Source: an uncultured delta proteobacterium
GTDB lineage: Bacteria > Myxococcota > Kuafuiibacteriia > Kuafuiibacteriales > Kuafuiibacteriaceae
NCBI GenBank assembly: GCA_963803435.1
Contig: CAWDML010000006.1
Coordinates: 32,001 to 96,000, forward strand
Length of the DNA: 64,000 nucleotides
Direction of reading: 5' to 3'
Position numbers and translations under genes: made by a program. Position 1 is the first letter of the stretch, and the number at the start of each line of letters is the position of its first letter. The notes beneath the pieces are model-generated. The model ran no database searches and was not told the origin of the DNA. It saw only the letters and a program-made list of their open reading frames with translations. This document shows positions 48,394 to 59,121 of this stretch, piece after piece.

Positions 48394-48906
48394 ATGCGGA
48401 GCTCTCTCGGTCTCAGCCTCAGCGCATTCTTGGTCGCCTGCGCCGGCTCGAAGTCAGCCGCGCCCCCACCGCCGCCGCCCCCGTCCGCGCGACCTGCGCC
48501 GCCCGAAGGTCCCACCCGCACCGACTTCCAGGACATGGCGAAGACGCTGGTCAAGCAGTGCGTGGCCGGCGGCTGGATCAGTCGATGGCGCTCCGAGCAA
48601 CCGGACGTCGACGTCGCGAAGCCCAAGATTCACCTCGCAGAGTTCGAGGACAAGACCGGACAGGATCTCGATTCGACCTATCTTCAATCGGTGCTGGAGA
48701 AGCGGATGCGCATGTCGGGTGTGTTCGACATGGTGCCCGACGATCAAGGGTCGGACTTCATCGGACGTGGTCGCCTCCTGCGTCTCGCGGAACGAAGTCC
48801 CAGGGGCAAACGCTTCTCCGTGTACACCGTCACGCTCGAGCTGATCGATCCCGGATCCGATCGCATCGCGTATTCGTGTGAAGCGACGGTGCAAGGCGAG
48901 CTGTGA
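48394..48906 (+). CDS. Lipoprotein, LpoB-like
   Basis: FLVAC lipobox, FEDKTGQDLD, SGVF, YTVTLELID. Confidence 0.6.
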   Translation: MRSSLGLSLSAFLVACAGSKSAAPPPPPPPSARPAPPEGPTRTDFQDMAKTLVKQCVAGGWISRWRSEQPDVDVAKPKIHLAEFEDKTGQDLDSTYLQSVLEKRMRMSGVFDMVPDDQGSDFIGRGRLLRLAERSPRGKRFSVYTVTLELIDPGSDRIAYSCEATVQGEL

Positions 48907-49124
48907 TCCGCATCCGTCGGTCGGACGAACGGTTGTCACTCGGGCGCGCGCGCCTTCACCTTGAACCGTGGCTCAAGAGAGAGGGTCGAGCCAGCGGGAG
49001 CTGGAAGATCTCAAACAAACCAAGGAAGAAACGACGACCGAGGACGTCACGACGGAGGATGTCTCCTCCGAGGTGACGGACGATCTCAACCCGGTTCGTC
49101 AACGTTTCGACAGCAGCACGTGGA

Positions 49125-50693
49125 TCACGAGCTGGTAGCCCCGAGCTCTGCGATTCCGATCGGCGTTCCGATCGTCAGAGCGATCGGCTGCGTCTCGAGC
49201 GCATCATCCTCCCGGATCGCTCGAGCCAGCTGGTCGTGATCTCCCGTGTCTGAATACTCCGTGCGGATATACGGCGCGCCTCCCGCCGCATATCCAAACG
49301 CGAACCGCGGTTGAAAGATCCGCAAGCTGGCTTGCGCTTCCTCGGGCCCGGCGCAGTGCTGCACCCACTCCTGATGGCGCACGCGCGGGACCCAATCCGC
49401 GTAGAAGTTCCCGTAGCCGAAGCCCGCCGGCATCACGTACGTCTCCGCGTTGCCCGAAACGCCCATGAACGCCAGATCGATCCGGCGCGGGCGCTCGGCG
49501 AGGAATCGGTAGGTCTCGGGCATCTCGCTCGAGTCGGCCGCCAGGAACAGCGACGCCTCCTCGGACTCGATCAGATAGGTGAGCTTCGCCAGGTCGAGCC
49601 CCCACGACTCGCCCGCGAAGGGACACGCGGTCACCGTCAGCGGACCGATCTTGAGCTCGTCCCATGGATCGAGCTCGACGATGTCCGTGAAGCCGAGAAC
49701 CCGGGCCACACCGTAGAGATCGACCTGGTACGGGGCCGGCTCGTTCCCGACCCTCGGCAGATAGATCGGCGTGCTCGGCGGCAGCATCGCCAGCGAGTTC
49801 GGGTTGAGATGATCGTTGTCGCCGTGGGTGATCAGGATGGCGTCGATCCGCGGCAGATCGCGCGGATCGAACCTCGGCTCGTCGTGGCGCTCGGGCGGCT
49901 CACTCGAGGAGAAGAAGAGCGGATCGATCAGCACGTTCGCCCCGTCGATCTGCACCAGCACCGCCGCGTGGCCCAACCAGGTGACCTGCGCGCGTTCGGT
50001 CTCGAAGCGAGCGAAGCCTGGCGCGGTCCGATGTTCGAGCGCCGTGATCAGGTCGAGGAGCTCGAGCATCTTCTCCGCCGGCTCCTGGAGCTTCCTCGGC
50101 ATCGTGTGGACGATCTCCTGGGCGGTGCGCCGGCCGTCGAGCCGCGCCAGGAGGCGGCGGATCACCTCGCCGATCTGCCGGCTGCCGGTGATCGTCACGC
50201 CCAGCACCTCATGACCGCGCTCCAGGCTGGCGAAGCGAACCCCGGTCATCTCGGCGCCGGCGAGATCGCGCCCGCGCGGCATGAAAGGCATGGGCGCAAC
50301 CTGGATTGCGGTCTCGACCGCGGCCGTCGGCCACATCGAGGCCCGGCGCGCGATCGGCCCGCCCCCTTCGAGCACACCGCTCCCCCCGGTGAGGGCCTTG
50401 CCTGGATCCCTCGGAGAGAAGAAGAGGAGCTCCTCCTCGACCAGCTTCCACAGCTTCGCCGGCTTGAGGCCGGCGTCCCTGGCGTGGGTCCACCGCGTCA
50501 TGCCGAGCACGACCGTCGCGACCTCGCGGGACAGCGAGCCGCGCCGCTCGCCGTCCCGGACCACCTCGAGCTGCGCCCAGGTCTCCTCGGGGCGGACGCG
50601 CAGCTCGAGCCCGACGGCTCTGCGGTACCAGAGCTCCGCCGGGTCGTGGACGGGCGCTTCGATCCGCACCGGCTTCCGGACCAGATCGCGCAT
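49125..50693 (-). CDS. MBL-fold metallo-hydrolase with N-terminal extension
   Basis: VTWLGHAAVL, LIDP, LITHGDNDH, LAADS. Confidence 0.85.
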   Translation of the reverse strand: MRDLVRKPVRIEAPVHDPAELWYRRAVGLELRVRPEETWAQLEVVRDGERRGSLSREVATVVLGMTRWTHARDAGLKPAKLWKLVEEELLFFSPRDPGKALTGGSGVLEGGGPIARRASMWPTAAVETAIQVAPMPFMPRGRDLAGAEMTGVRFASLERGHEVLGVTITGSRQIGEVIRRLLARLDGRRTAQEIVHTMPRKLQEPAEKMLELLDLITALEHRTAPGFARFETERAQVTWLGHAAVLVQIDGANVLIDPLFFSSSEPPERHDEPRFDPRDLPRIDAILITHGDNDHLNPNSLAMLPPSTPIYLPRVGNEPAPYQVDLYGVARVLGFTDIVELDPWDELKIGPLTVTACPFAGESWGLDLAKLTYLIESEEASLFLAADSSEMPETYRFLAERPRRIDLAFMGVSGNAETYVMPAGFGYGNFYADWVPRVRHQEWVQHCAGPEEAQASLRIFQPRFAFGYAAGGAPYIRTEYSDTGDHDQLARAIREDDALETQPIALTIGTPIGIAELGATSS

Positions 50694-50808
50694 CGGCCCG
50701 AGACGCTTCCGGAGCAGGTCCTCGAAGCCCACGACACGAGTCGACAACGTCGCCGCAAATTTCTCAACGCTCTCTTCCGTCCGTGTTAGCTTCTTCGCCG
50801 GCAGCCAG

Positions 50809-51342
50809 ATGGCGGACGATCCCAACCGCACCGTGCACGCCCAGCAGGCGTTCGCGCTGACCGAGGTCTTCCAGTACAAGTTCAGCCACGTCGTCTTCGG
50901 ACAGAAGCGCCCCCGGCGGCTCAAGGTCCTCGAGCCGGACGTGTCGACGGCCGGCGGCAAGCGCGCGCGACAGTCGATGGTCCTGGTCCCGGACGAGGGC
51001 GACGGCGGCACGCTGGTGATCGGCTGGCTGGACACGCCCGCGCGGACAGCGGAGCTCCGCAGCTTCAACGTGGTCCGGCAACAGTATCAGGCGCGCTTCA
51101 ACACCGAGATCGACCTGGAGCGGGACGCCTACGATGCGCTGCTCGACGATCTCCGCAGCTTCCTCAAGATCCAGAAGATCGACCTCCGGATCGTCGATAG
51201 CACGGTTCTGCCGCAACCCCCGAGGAAGTCGCCGCCCGAGCCCGCCCAGGGCCGGCCCGTCGTCACCGCCATGCTCGCGATGCTGAGCATCGGCATCCTG
51301 ATCGGGTTCGTACTCGGTTACATCGTTTTCCGGCTGTTGTAG
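50809..51342 (+). CDS. Hypothetical protein with C-terminal TM helix
   Basis: EPDVSTAGGKRARQ; good codon bias; upstream of the DHS-like gene. Confidence 0.7.
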   Translation: MADDPNRTVHAQQAFALTEVFQYKFSHVVFGQKRPRRLKVLEPDVSTAGGKRARQSMVLVPDEGDGGTLVIGWLDTPARTAELRSFNVVRQQYQARFNTEIDLERDAYDALLDDLRSFLKIQKIDLRIVDSTVLPQPPRKSPPEPAQGRPVVTAMLAMLSIGILIGFVLGYIVFRLL

Positions 51343-51355
51343 AACCACGGCCGAG

Positions 51356-52420
51356 ATGGCCGATCACATCCGCAACACGGGCAAGTATCACGACGGCTAC
51401 AGCGACGGCTTCGAGCCGGTCGAGTCGATCGATCTCACGAAGATCGAGACCTTCTCGGACATGTTGCGCGCCTACAAGAGCGCATCGTTCGGCGCTCGCC
51501 GCCTCGGCGACGCGTGCGACGTCCTCGAGACGATGATGCGCGATCCCGAGTGCTTCGTCGTGCTGACGCTCTCCGGCGCAATGACCGTCGCCAAGATGGG
51601 GCTGGTCGTGTGCGAGATGATCGAGCGCGGGTACGTCGACCTGATCGTGAGCACCGGGGCGCTCCAGGCCCACGGGATGATCGAGGGCTCGGGCATGAAG
51701 CACTTCAAGTACCGCCCGGGGATGAACGACAAGGAGCTCTACGACGCAGGCTACGACCGCATCTACGATACGCTCGAGCTTGAGCGGAACCTGGACGCCC
51801 TCGAGCTGATCGTGCGGGTGGTGCTCGACGCCATCCCGCCGAATGCGCACGTCGGCAGCCGCGACATCACGCACCGGCTCGGCGAGCACCTCCACGACCA
51901 CTTCGAGGGCGAGCGCGGCATCCTCAAGGCGGCGTACGAGCACCAGGTCCCGGTCATCATCCCCGCCTTCACGGATTCGGAGATGGGCCTCGACGTCGCG
52001 GTCAACAACCAGATCCGCGCCGAGAAGCAGAAGGGACCGATCGTCTTCGACCCGTTCCTCGACCTGAACTTCTACCGGGACACGATCGTGAAGCAGGAGC
52101 GGCTCGGCATCTTCACCATCGGCGGCGGCGTCCCCCGGAACTGGGCCCAGCAGATCGGGCCCTATCTGGAGATCAGCCAGACGCGGCGCGGCATCACCGA
52201 CGGCATCACCAAGCGGTTCAACTACGGGGTCCGCATCTGCCCGGACGCTGAGCACTGGGGCGGGCTCTCCGGCTGCACCTACAGCGAAGGAACCAGCTGG
52301 GGGAAGTTCGTCCCGGAGTCGGAGGGCGGCCGCTTCGCCGAGGTCCTCTGCGACGCCACCTACGTGTGGCCCATCCTCATCAAGGCCCTGATGGAGCGGG
52401 TTCCCCGGAAACAGAAGTAG
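51356..52420 (+). CDS. Deoxyhypusine synthase-like protein (probable homospermidine synthesis)
   Basis: TLSGAM, IVSTGA, DRIYD, PAFTDSEMG, GGGVPRNW, WGGLSGCTYSEGTSWGK, DAT. Confidence 0.92.
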   Translation: MADHIRNTGKYHDGYSDGFEPVESIDLTKIETFSDMLRAYKSASFGARRLGDACDVLETMMRDPECFVVLTLSGAMTVAKMGLVVCEMIERGYVDLIVSTGALQAHGMIEGSGMKHFKYRPGMNDKELYDAGYDRIYDTLELERNLDALELIVRVVLDAIPPNAHVGSRDITHRLGEHLHDHFEGERGILKAAYEHQVPVIIPAFTDSEMGLDVAVNNQIRAEKQKGPIVFDPFLDLNFYRDTIVKQERLGIFTIGGGVPRNWAQQIGPYLEISQTRRGITDGITKRFNYGVRICPDAEHWGGLSGCTYSEGTSWGKFVPESEGGRFAEVLCDATYVWPILIKALMERVPRKQK

Positions 52421-52494
52421 GAGCGCGACACACGATTGTCGCACGTCCAATCTCGGGCGCCGATGGTATAGGGAGGCGACCTTCAGGTCCTCCC

Positions 52495-55400
52495 ATGATG
52501 TTGTCCAGCTTTGCCCGACTCCTCCTCATCGCCCCCCTCGCCCTGGCCGCCTGCGCCCGCGAAGGGGTGGTCAAGTCCGACGGCGGCACCCAGGACGGAG
52601 GGCCGGACGGCGGGACGGCCGATACGGGCCCGAAGGACGGCGGCGACGTGGTGGTCGGCTGCGACAACCCGGCCATCGACCCGGCGGCGAACGGCGAGAC
52701 CTGCGCCTACACCGCGGGCGGTCCGGCGGTCCTCATCCGCGGCGACATCGTGGTTCCGGACGGGCTGCTCGAGAACGGCCACCTCTTGATTGGCGCGGAC
52801 GGCAAGGTCGCTTGCGCCGCGTGCGACTGCTCCGCCGACCCGGCGTTCTCGGGCGCGGCGGTGGTCGCGTGCGCGAAGGGCCTGGTGTCACCGGGGTTGA
52901 TCAACGCGCACGAGCACCTGACGTTCGACGAGGGCGCACCGGTGGCGCACGGGACGGAGCGCTTCGAGCATCGCCACGACTGGCGCGAGGGCCAGAACGG
53001 GCACACCGATCTGCGGACGCCTTCGAGCAGCAGCGGCACGGATCCGGTGGCCTACGCCGAGCTCCGCCACCTCTTCGGCGGCGCCACCTCGATCAACGGA
53101 TCGGGGGGCGCGTCGGGGCTCCTGCGCAACGTCGACCGGAACGGACAGGACGAGGGCCTCGGTCTCGGCACGGTGCACTACCAGACCTTCCCGCTCGGCG
53201 ACTCCAGCGGTACGCGCCGGACCAACAGCTGCGACTACGGGACGATTGATACGCCCTCGACGATTGGCAACAGCATCGCGTACACGCCGCACATCGCCGA
53301 GGGCATCGACCTGTCGGCGCGGAACGAGTTCGCGTGTTTGTCGGGCGAGGCGGCCGGCAGTACGGACGTCATCTTCGAGAAGACGGCCGTCATCCACGGC
53401 GTCGGCCTGCGCGCCGGAGACTACGCCGAGATGGGCGCGGAGGGCGCGTCGCTGATTCTGGTCGGCCCGCACCAACATCGATTTGTACGGCCACACCGCG
53501 CCGGTGACGCTGGCGGCGAACACGGGCGTCGAGATCGCGCTCGGGACCGACTGGGAGGCCTCGGGCTCGATGAACGTGCTCCGCGAGCTGGCCTGCTTCA
53601 AGGAGTACAACGACCGGAACCTCGGCGGCTTCTTCACCGACCGCCAGCTCCTCGACATGGCCACCAAGAACGGCGCCGACGTGCTCAAGCTGAGCGCCGC
53701 GATCGGCTACCTGGCGCCGGGGCGGTTCGCCGACGTCGCCGTCTTCGATCAGTCCACGCACGACGGCTATCTCGCGGTGCTGAACGGCGAGCCCAAGGAC
53801 GTGGCGCTGGTGATGCGGGCCGGTGCGGCGCTGTACGGTGACGACGCCCTGGTCTCCGGGCTCACCAGCAACAGCGCCGGTTGCGAGGCCCTCGACGTCT
53901 GCGGGAAGCCGAAGCGCGCCTGCGTCATGCGAGAGACCGGCAAGACCATCGCCGACCTCAAGGCGGCCGTCCGCGCCGGGACGATCGATCTGTTCAACTG
54001 CGGCGTGCCCACCGGCGAGCCGAGCTGCATCCCGTTCCGCGTCGGCGAGTTCGACGGCATGCCCACCTCCGGAGATCAGGACGGTGACGGCATCCCCGAC
54101 AGCGCCGACGATTGCCCCACCGTCTTCAATCCGCCGCGCGACGACCTCGATCAAGGCATGCAGGCGGACGCCGACGGCGACATGCAGGGCGACGCCTGCG
54201 ACGTCTGTCCGCTCGACGCCGACAGCACCAGCTGTTCGGTCCCCGATCCCAACGATCGCGACAACGACGGCGTCCCCAACGCGACGGACAACTGTCCCGG
54301 GATCGCGAACATGGATCAGGCGGATCGGGACGGCGACATGATCGGCGACGTCTGCGATCAGTGTCCCGATCAGTCGAACGCCGGCGGCACGCCCTGCAGC
54401 GCCACCGTGTATCAGGTGAAGCAGGGCAGCGTGACCGGCCGGGTGCGGCTCACCGACATGCTGGTGACTGCGCCCGGGAGCAACGGGTACTTCGTGCAGA
54501 CCGTCGAGGGCGACGCCGCCTGGGACGAGACCCTGCGCGAGCGCTACTCCGGGATCTTCATCTTCAACTCCGCCGATCCCAAGCCGGCGCCGGGCGATCG
54601 CGTCGACGTCGACGGCGACGTCCAGGACTTCTTCGGGCAGCTCGAGCTGAGCATGTCGTCGTTCACGGTCCGCTCCAGCGGCGAGGCCGCACCGACGCCG
54701 ATCGTGGTGGACGCGAACGAGGTGAAGACCGGCGGCACGCGCGCCCAGGAGCTGGAGTCGGTGCTGGTCCAGCTCGGCACAGTCACGGTCACCGAGGTCG
54801 AGCCCACCCCAGGCGGCACCGAGACCGCGCCGACCTACGAGTTCGTGGTGAACGGCGTGCTGCGCGTGAACGACTTCCTCTACCGCGCCGACCCCTTCCC
54901 CATGGTCAACGACGTCATCACCAACCTGCAGGGCGTCCTGCGGTTCTCGCAGGAGAACAGCAAGGTGGAGCCCCGCGGGCCGGAGGATTCTGGGGATTCC
55001 CGCCCCGCCTGGTCGGCTTCGAGCCGGCGGTGGCGTACGCGACCACCGGGCTGACGAACGCGGTGCCGGCGGGCGGGCTGGCGGTGCGCCTCAGCCGCGC
55101 CACCGACACGGCGGTTACGATCACGCTGGCCGCGCAGGGCCTGGTCGCGCCCAGCAGTGTCGACATCCCGGCGGGCGCCGACCGCGCCGACGTCCCGATC
55201 ACCACCACGGCGGCGGGCACCGCCACCATCACCGCCAGCTACGACGGGGTGAACGCGGTGAGCCGGGTGATCGTGTACGACGACGCGGCGCCTCGCGGCG
55301 TCGTCGAGCTGACGCTGGAGCGGGCGACGATCGCGGTCTCCAGCACGATCATGGGCGTGGTGCGGATCGATCTGCCCGGCGCCGCCGCGGGCACGCCGGT

Positions 55401-56112
55401 CATGCTGGCGGTGATGCCGCCGAGCCTGGCGATGGTGCCGGCCAGCGTCACGGTCCCGGCCGGCGCGTTCGAGGCCAGCTTCACGCTGATGACCGGGACG
55501 TCGACCGGCGCGGGGACCGTCGTGGCGACGGCACCGGCCGGGAGCCGCCCAGCGTCGTTCTCGGTCTCGGCGTCGATCGATCGGCCGCCGATGGCGGCGG
55601 GGGATCTGGTGATCACCGAGATCCACCGGAACCCGTCGCTGGCGATGAACGAGCAGAACAACGAATGGTTCGAGGTCTTCAACCCGACCGCCGACGGGAT
55701 CGAGATCAACGGTCTGCAGGTCCGGGACAACAACGGCATGCGGATCCTGTCGGCGCCGGGCGTCGCGATCCCCTCCGGCGGCTATGGGGTCATCGCGTAC
55801 AACCTCGCGCCGGCGTCGAACGGCGGTGTCGACGCCCTCGCGGCGTACGGCGGGACGTCGCCGGACATCCTGCTGGCCAACGGCGACGATGAGCTCCACC
55901 TCACCTATCAGGGCACCGAGATCGACGTGGTCGACTGGGGATCGGGCTGGCCGGGCTCGAGCGGGGCGAACGGCATTTCCATGTGCCTCCACTTCCCCTA
56001 TGCGGAGGACAACAACGTGGCCTCGGCCTGGCGCCTCTCGGTCGGCGGCTTCGGAACCGGCGGTGACACGGGTAGCCCCGGCGTCGCCAGCAACGCGACC
56101 AACTGCCCGTAG
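52495..56112 (+). CDS. Large lipoprotein: amidohydrolase + thrombospondin type 3 repeats + OB fold + Ig-like + lamin-tail domain (frameshifts near 53460 and 54990)
   Basis: LAAC lipobox, PGLINAHEH, HIAEG, IHG, LGTDW; DxDxDG..DNCP repeats; GDRVDVDG..FFG; LVITEIH..EWFEVFN..GSPG. Confidence 0.85.
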
Positions 56113-56586
56113 CGACAGCCTCCTTTCCCCCCTCTTGACTCGACGGCGAGGTCCAAGCCGTAATCTCGCCCGCCTTGGCTCGCGTCGGGATGATCCGTGG
56201 GCTCGCGCTCTTGCTGATCGTCCTCATTTTCTGCGCCGTCTCCCAGCCCGACCCCTCCTGTGACCAGGTCTCGGTGCGGCCCGCCTCGAGCCTGCGGAGG
56301 GTGTGCGGCGACCGCCCGCTCGGCGACGTGGGTGACCTGGCGGACTTCGTGGTGGCGACGCCGCTCCGCGAAGGCCTCTTCGAGCCCCTCGAGCACCCGG
56401 TCACGCCGGTTCCCGTCCTCGCGATCCCGCGGGCGAATCAGACCGTTCGCTGGATCCCGGAGAGCGGTCGCCTCGGCCGAAGTCGACGACGACCCGACCA
56501 CGACCTGAGCGGTCGCCCTTCTCTTTTTTCCATCGCTGTCTCTCGTTTTTGGCGGGCCTCAGGCCGCCAACTTGAAGGAGTGCATC

Positions 56587-56787
56587 ATGAAGCTTTTGAA
56601 GACGATGTTGTGGACCACGCTGTTCGTGTCCTCCCTGGCCTTCGTGTCGGTTCCCCAGATCGCGACTGCCGGCCAGAAGGCCGAGCAGAAGTGCGACTCC
56701 AAGGGGAAGGCTTGCAAGAAGGGCAAGGACTGCAAGCCGGCCAACTGCAAGAAGCCGGAGAAGAAGGACGAAGAGGAGAAGAACTAA
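56587..56787 (+). CDS. Small secreted Cys/Lys-rich protein
   Basis: RBS GAAGGAG, signal peptide, CX6CX5CX4C. Confidence 0.7.
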   Translation: MKLLKTMLWTTLFVSSLAFVSVPQIATAGQKAEQKCDSKGKACKKGKDCKPANCKKPEKKDEEEKN

Positions 56788-56854
56788 TCCGATTCGAGAG
56801 TCGACAGTCGGCAGCCTCACTGTCCGCGAGACGCTGTCCGACTGTCGGCTTGTT

Positions 56855-59068
56855 TCAGATCATCATCACGTCGCGCAGGCGGGCGCGCAGCTGCTTGGCC
56901 CGACGGACGGCAAAGATCTCGTCGGCGGTGTCGAGCAGATCGGCCGCCACCTCGAGCTCCTCACGGAAGATCGCGATCTCGGCCTGCTGGACCAGGTGCT
57001 CGGCGGCGTGCTGGCGCTCCATCGCGTCGGCAGAGGCGTCCCGCAGCGACTTTCGCTCGCCGGAGGAGTTGAGCGTGCGTAACGCCTCCTCCAGCTTGCG
57101 CTCGATCTTCTGCACCAGCTCGCGCGTCGACTCATCCTCGCGCCGTCGCATCATGAGCTTCTTGCGCTCGTTGTCGAAGGCGTTCCGGATCTCGCGCTGG
57201 GTCGCGCTCCAATGGATCCCGAGCACCTCGAACGGCGTGGAGTGGCTGCTTCGCTCCAGCTGATCCGTGAGGATGTCCTCGGTGGTGTGGCGCTGCTTCT
57301 CGAGGATCTTCTCCCGATCGACCTTGGCCAGCCGCGCGAAGCCGAGCGCGCAACCGAGCACGCACAGGCGCAGCCCCTCCGAGGGGCCGGCACCGCCGAG
57401 GGTACCGATCGCTCCAAGCGAGGCCGGGCTCTGCGCGACGCGCTGGTAGAAGCGATGCTCCTTCTGGCCGAGCCGAAGCGACGAGTCGATGCCGCTCAGA
57501 TCGATCCGGACCTCGAGGTCGAACTGCTTGGCGAGCCCGCTGGTCAGCTCCTCCTGGGTCCATTTGCGGAGCTCGTTCCGGATCAGCTCGAGCACCAGAT
57601 AGCGCCCGGAGACGGGGAGCAGCTTGGTCCGGATCGGCGGCTCGCTCCACCCGAGGACCTGCAGGCGGCCCTGCGCGAACCCGCTGGGGGCGGCCGCCCG
57701 GTCGACGATCTGTGCGCGCAGCTCGCGGTTGAGCGCGTCCTGGGTCAGCTTGCCCTTCTCCACCAGCAGCGCGCCCAGCGGGCGCGATGGCTCGATCTCG
57801 GGCACCACGGTGTCGATCATCGCGCGGGTCACGGCTCGGGATGCGATCAGGCGCCGCCCGATGACGTCCTCGGCCTTCTCGGGGGCGCGCGTGGCGTAGA
57901 CGACGCGGCCCCGATAGAGCCAGAGACAGATCTCCTCCTCGCCGGTCAGACGCAGCCTGAGATCCAGATCGCTCGAGAGCAGAAAGTCGATCGCGCGCAA
58001 GTACGATCCCTTGGCGCCCGCGATGTCCTTCGGGCGCGAGGCGGTGAAGCTCAGCAGCTCCTCGACCTCGAGCTTGGTCTTCAGATCGACCTCGTACCCA
58101 ATCGCAGGCGACAAGCGGGGGCCGCTGTTCGAGCGCGGCAGCGAGACGGATCCGGTCACGTCCATGAAGGACATCGGCAACGCCAGCTTCCCCGGCTCCT
58201 CCGCCGCGACCTTGAGGGCGGCCTTGACGGTGTCATTGAGGCTGAGGCTGAAGCCGAGCGTCCCCGGTCCCTGGAACATGACCTGGGCCGAGACGGCCAC
58301 GGCCGGGGCTCCGGGGATCATGAGCTGCAGCTCGCGCTGGGTACCCGGCGGCAGAGGTGCGGCCCGCGCCACCAGGGCGCCCTTCTCCAGGTTGATCCGG
58401 TACTGCTCGGCATACTGGGCGTGCGAGCTGAACGCGACGGTGCGGCCGTCCTCCTCGAGGAGCGGCTCGGTGAGAGGATCCGGGCTCGGCTCGGACCGGG
58501 GCGCGGCCCCGACGACCGCGTCGAGCGACGCCTTCAACCTGCGGATCCCGTCCGCGGCCGCGGTGCGATCGGCGAGCCGCAGCGAGTAGAGCTCGCCGCT
58601 GAGCGCGGTGGCGTGGACCTCGATGCGGACGCCGGCATGGCGGAGGATGGCCTGTTCGGGGGGCACCGGGGAGGAGACGACCACCGGCCGCCCCGACCAG
58701 AGCGCCAGCAAGTGCGCGAGCATCTCCACATCGTCGGCCACCTCGAGCACACCCTTGGGATCCAGTACCGGGAGGGCTGGCCCATTGGACAGGTCCGAAA
58801 CACCCTCCTCCGCGGGTGCCTCCTTCTCCGACTCTACGGCCTCGATCAGCTCGAAGATCTCCGGCGACATCGCGAACGTCACCGCAGCCTCGTGCTCGGC
58901 GGCGAAGACGACCTCTCCGTCCAGCTCGGTTCCGAGCAGATCGATCTTCACCCGATCGCGGAACTGCAGCGGGCGATCGATGGCCAGCAGGATGCTGTTC
59001 GGTCTCAGCTGCGTGACGCGTGCGATGAAGCCTTCACCAGAAGGCGGTTTGACGAGGGCGGTCGTCAT
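56855..59068 (-). CDS. Multidomain protein with PilZ-like, DUF4388-like and J-domain-like regions
   Basis: NLEKGALV, GRVVYA, LGALLVEKG, PFEVLGIHWSA..IRNAF. Confidence 0.7.
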   Translation of the reverse strand: MTTALVKPPSGEGFIARVTQLRPNSILLAIDRPLQFRDRVKIDLLGTELDGEVVFAAEHEAAVTFAMSPEIFELIEAVESEKEAPAEEGVSDLSNGPALPVLDPKGVLEVADDVEMLAHLLALWSGRPVVVSSPVPPEQAILRHAGVRIEVHATALSGELYSLRLADRTAAADGIRRLKASLDAVVGAAPRSEPSPDPLTEPLLEEDGRTVAFSSHAQYAEQYRINLEKGALVARAAPLPPGTQRELQLMIPGAPAVAVSAQVMFQGPGTLGFSLSLNDTVKAALKVAAEEPGKLALPMSFMDVTGSVSLPRSNSGPRLSPAIGYEVDLKTKLEVEELLSFTASRPKDIAGAKGSYLRAIDFLLSSDLDLRLRLTGEEEICLWLYRGRVVYATRAPEKAEDVIGRRLIASRAVTRAMIDTVVPEIEPSRPLGALLVEKGKLTQDALNRELRAQIVDRAAAPSGFAQGRLQVLGWSEPPIRTKLLPVSGRYLVLELIRNELRKWTQEELTSGLAKQFDLEVRIDLSGIDSSLRLGQKEHRFYQRVAQSPASLGAIGTLGGAGPSEGLRLCVLGCALGFARLAKVDREKILEKQRHTTEDILTDQLERSSHSTPFEVLGIHWSATQREIRNAFDNERKKLMMRRREDESTRELVQKIERKLEEALRTLNSSGERKSLRDASADAMERQHAAEHLVQQAEIAIFREELEVAADLLDTADEIFAVRRAKQLRARLRDVMMI

Positions 59069-59121
59069 GGGGCGCTCGAATCATAGGATCGTTCGACCGC
59101 TCCTCCTACGGAGTGTACCCG

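Noticed and set aside
51356-52420. Bacterial hypusination system
   Set aside because: Bacterial DHS homologs are known and usually linked to homospermidine synthesis; no eIF5A/EF-P gene nearby
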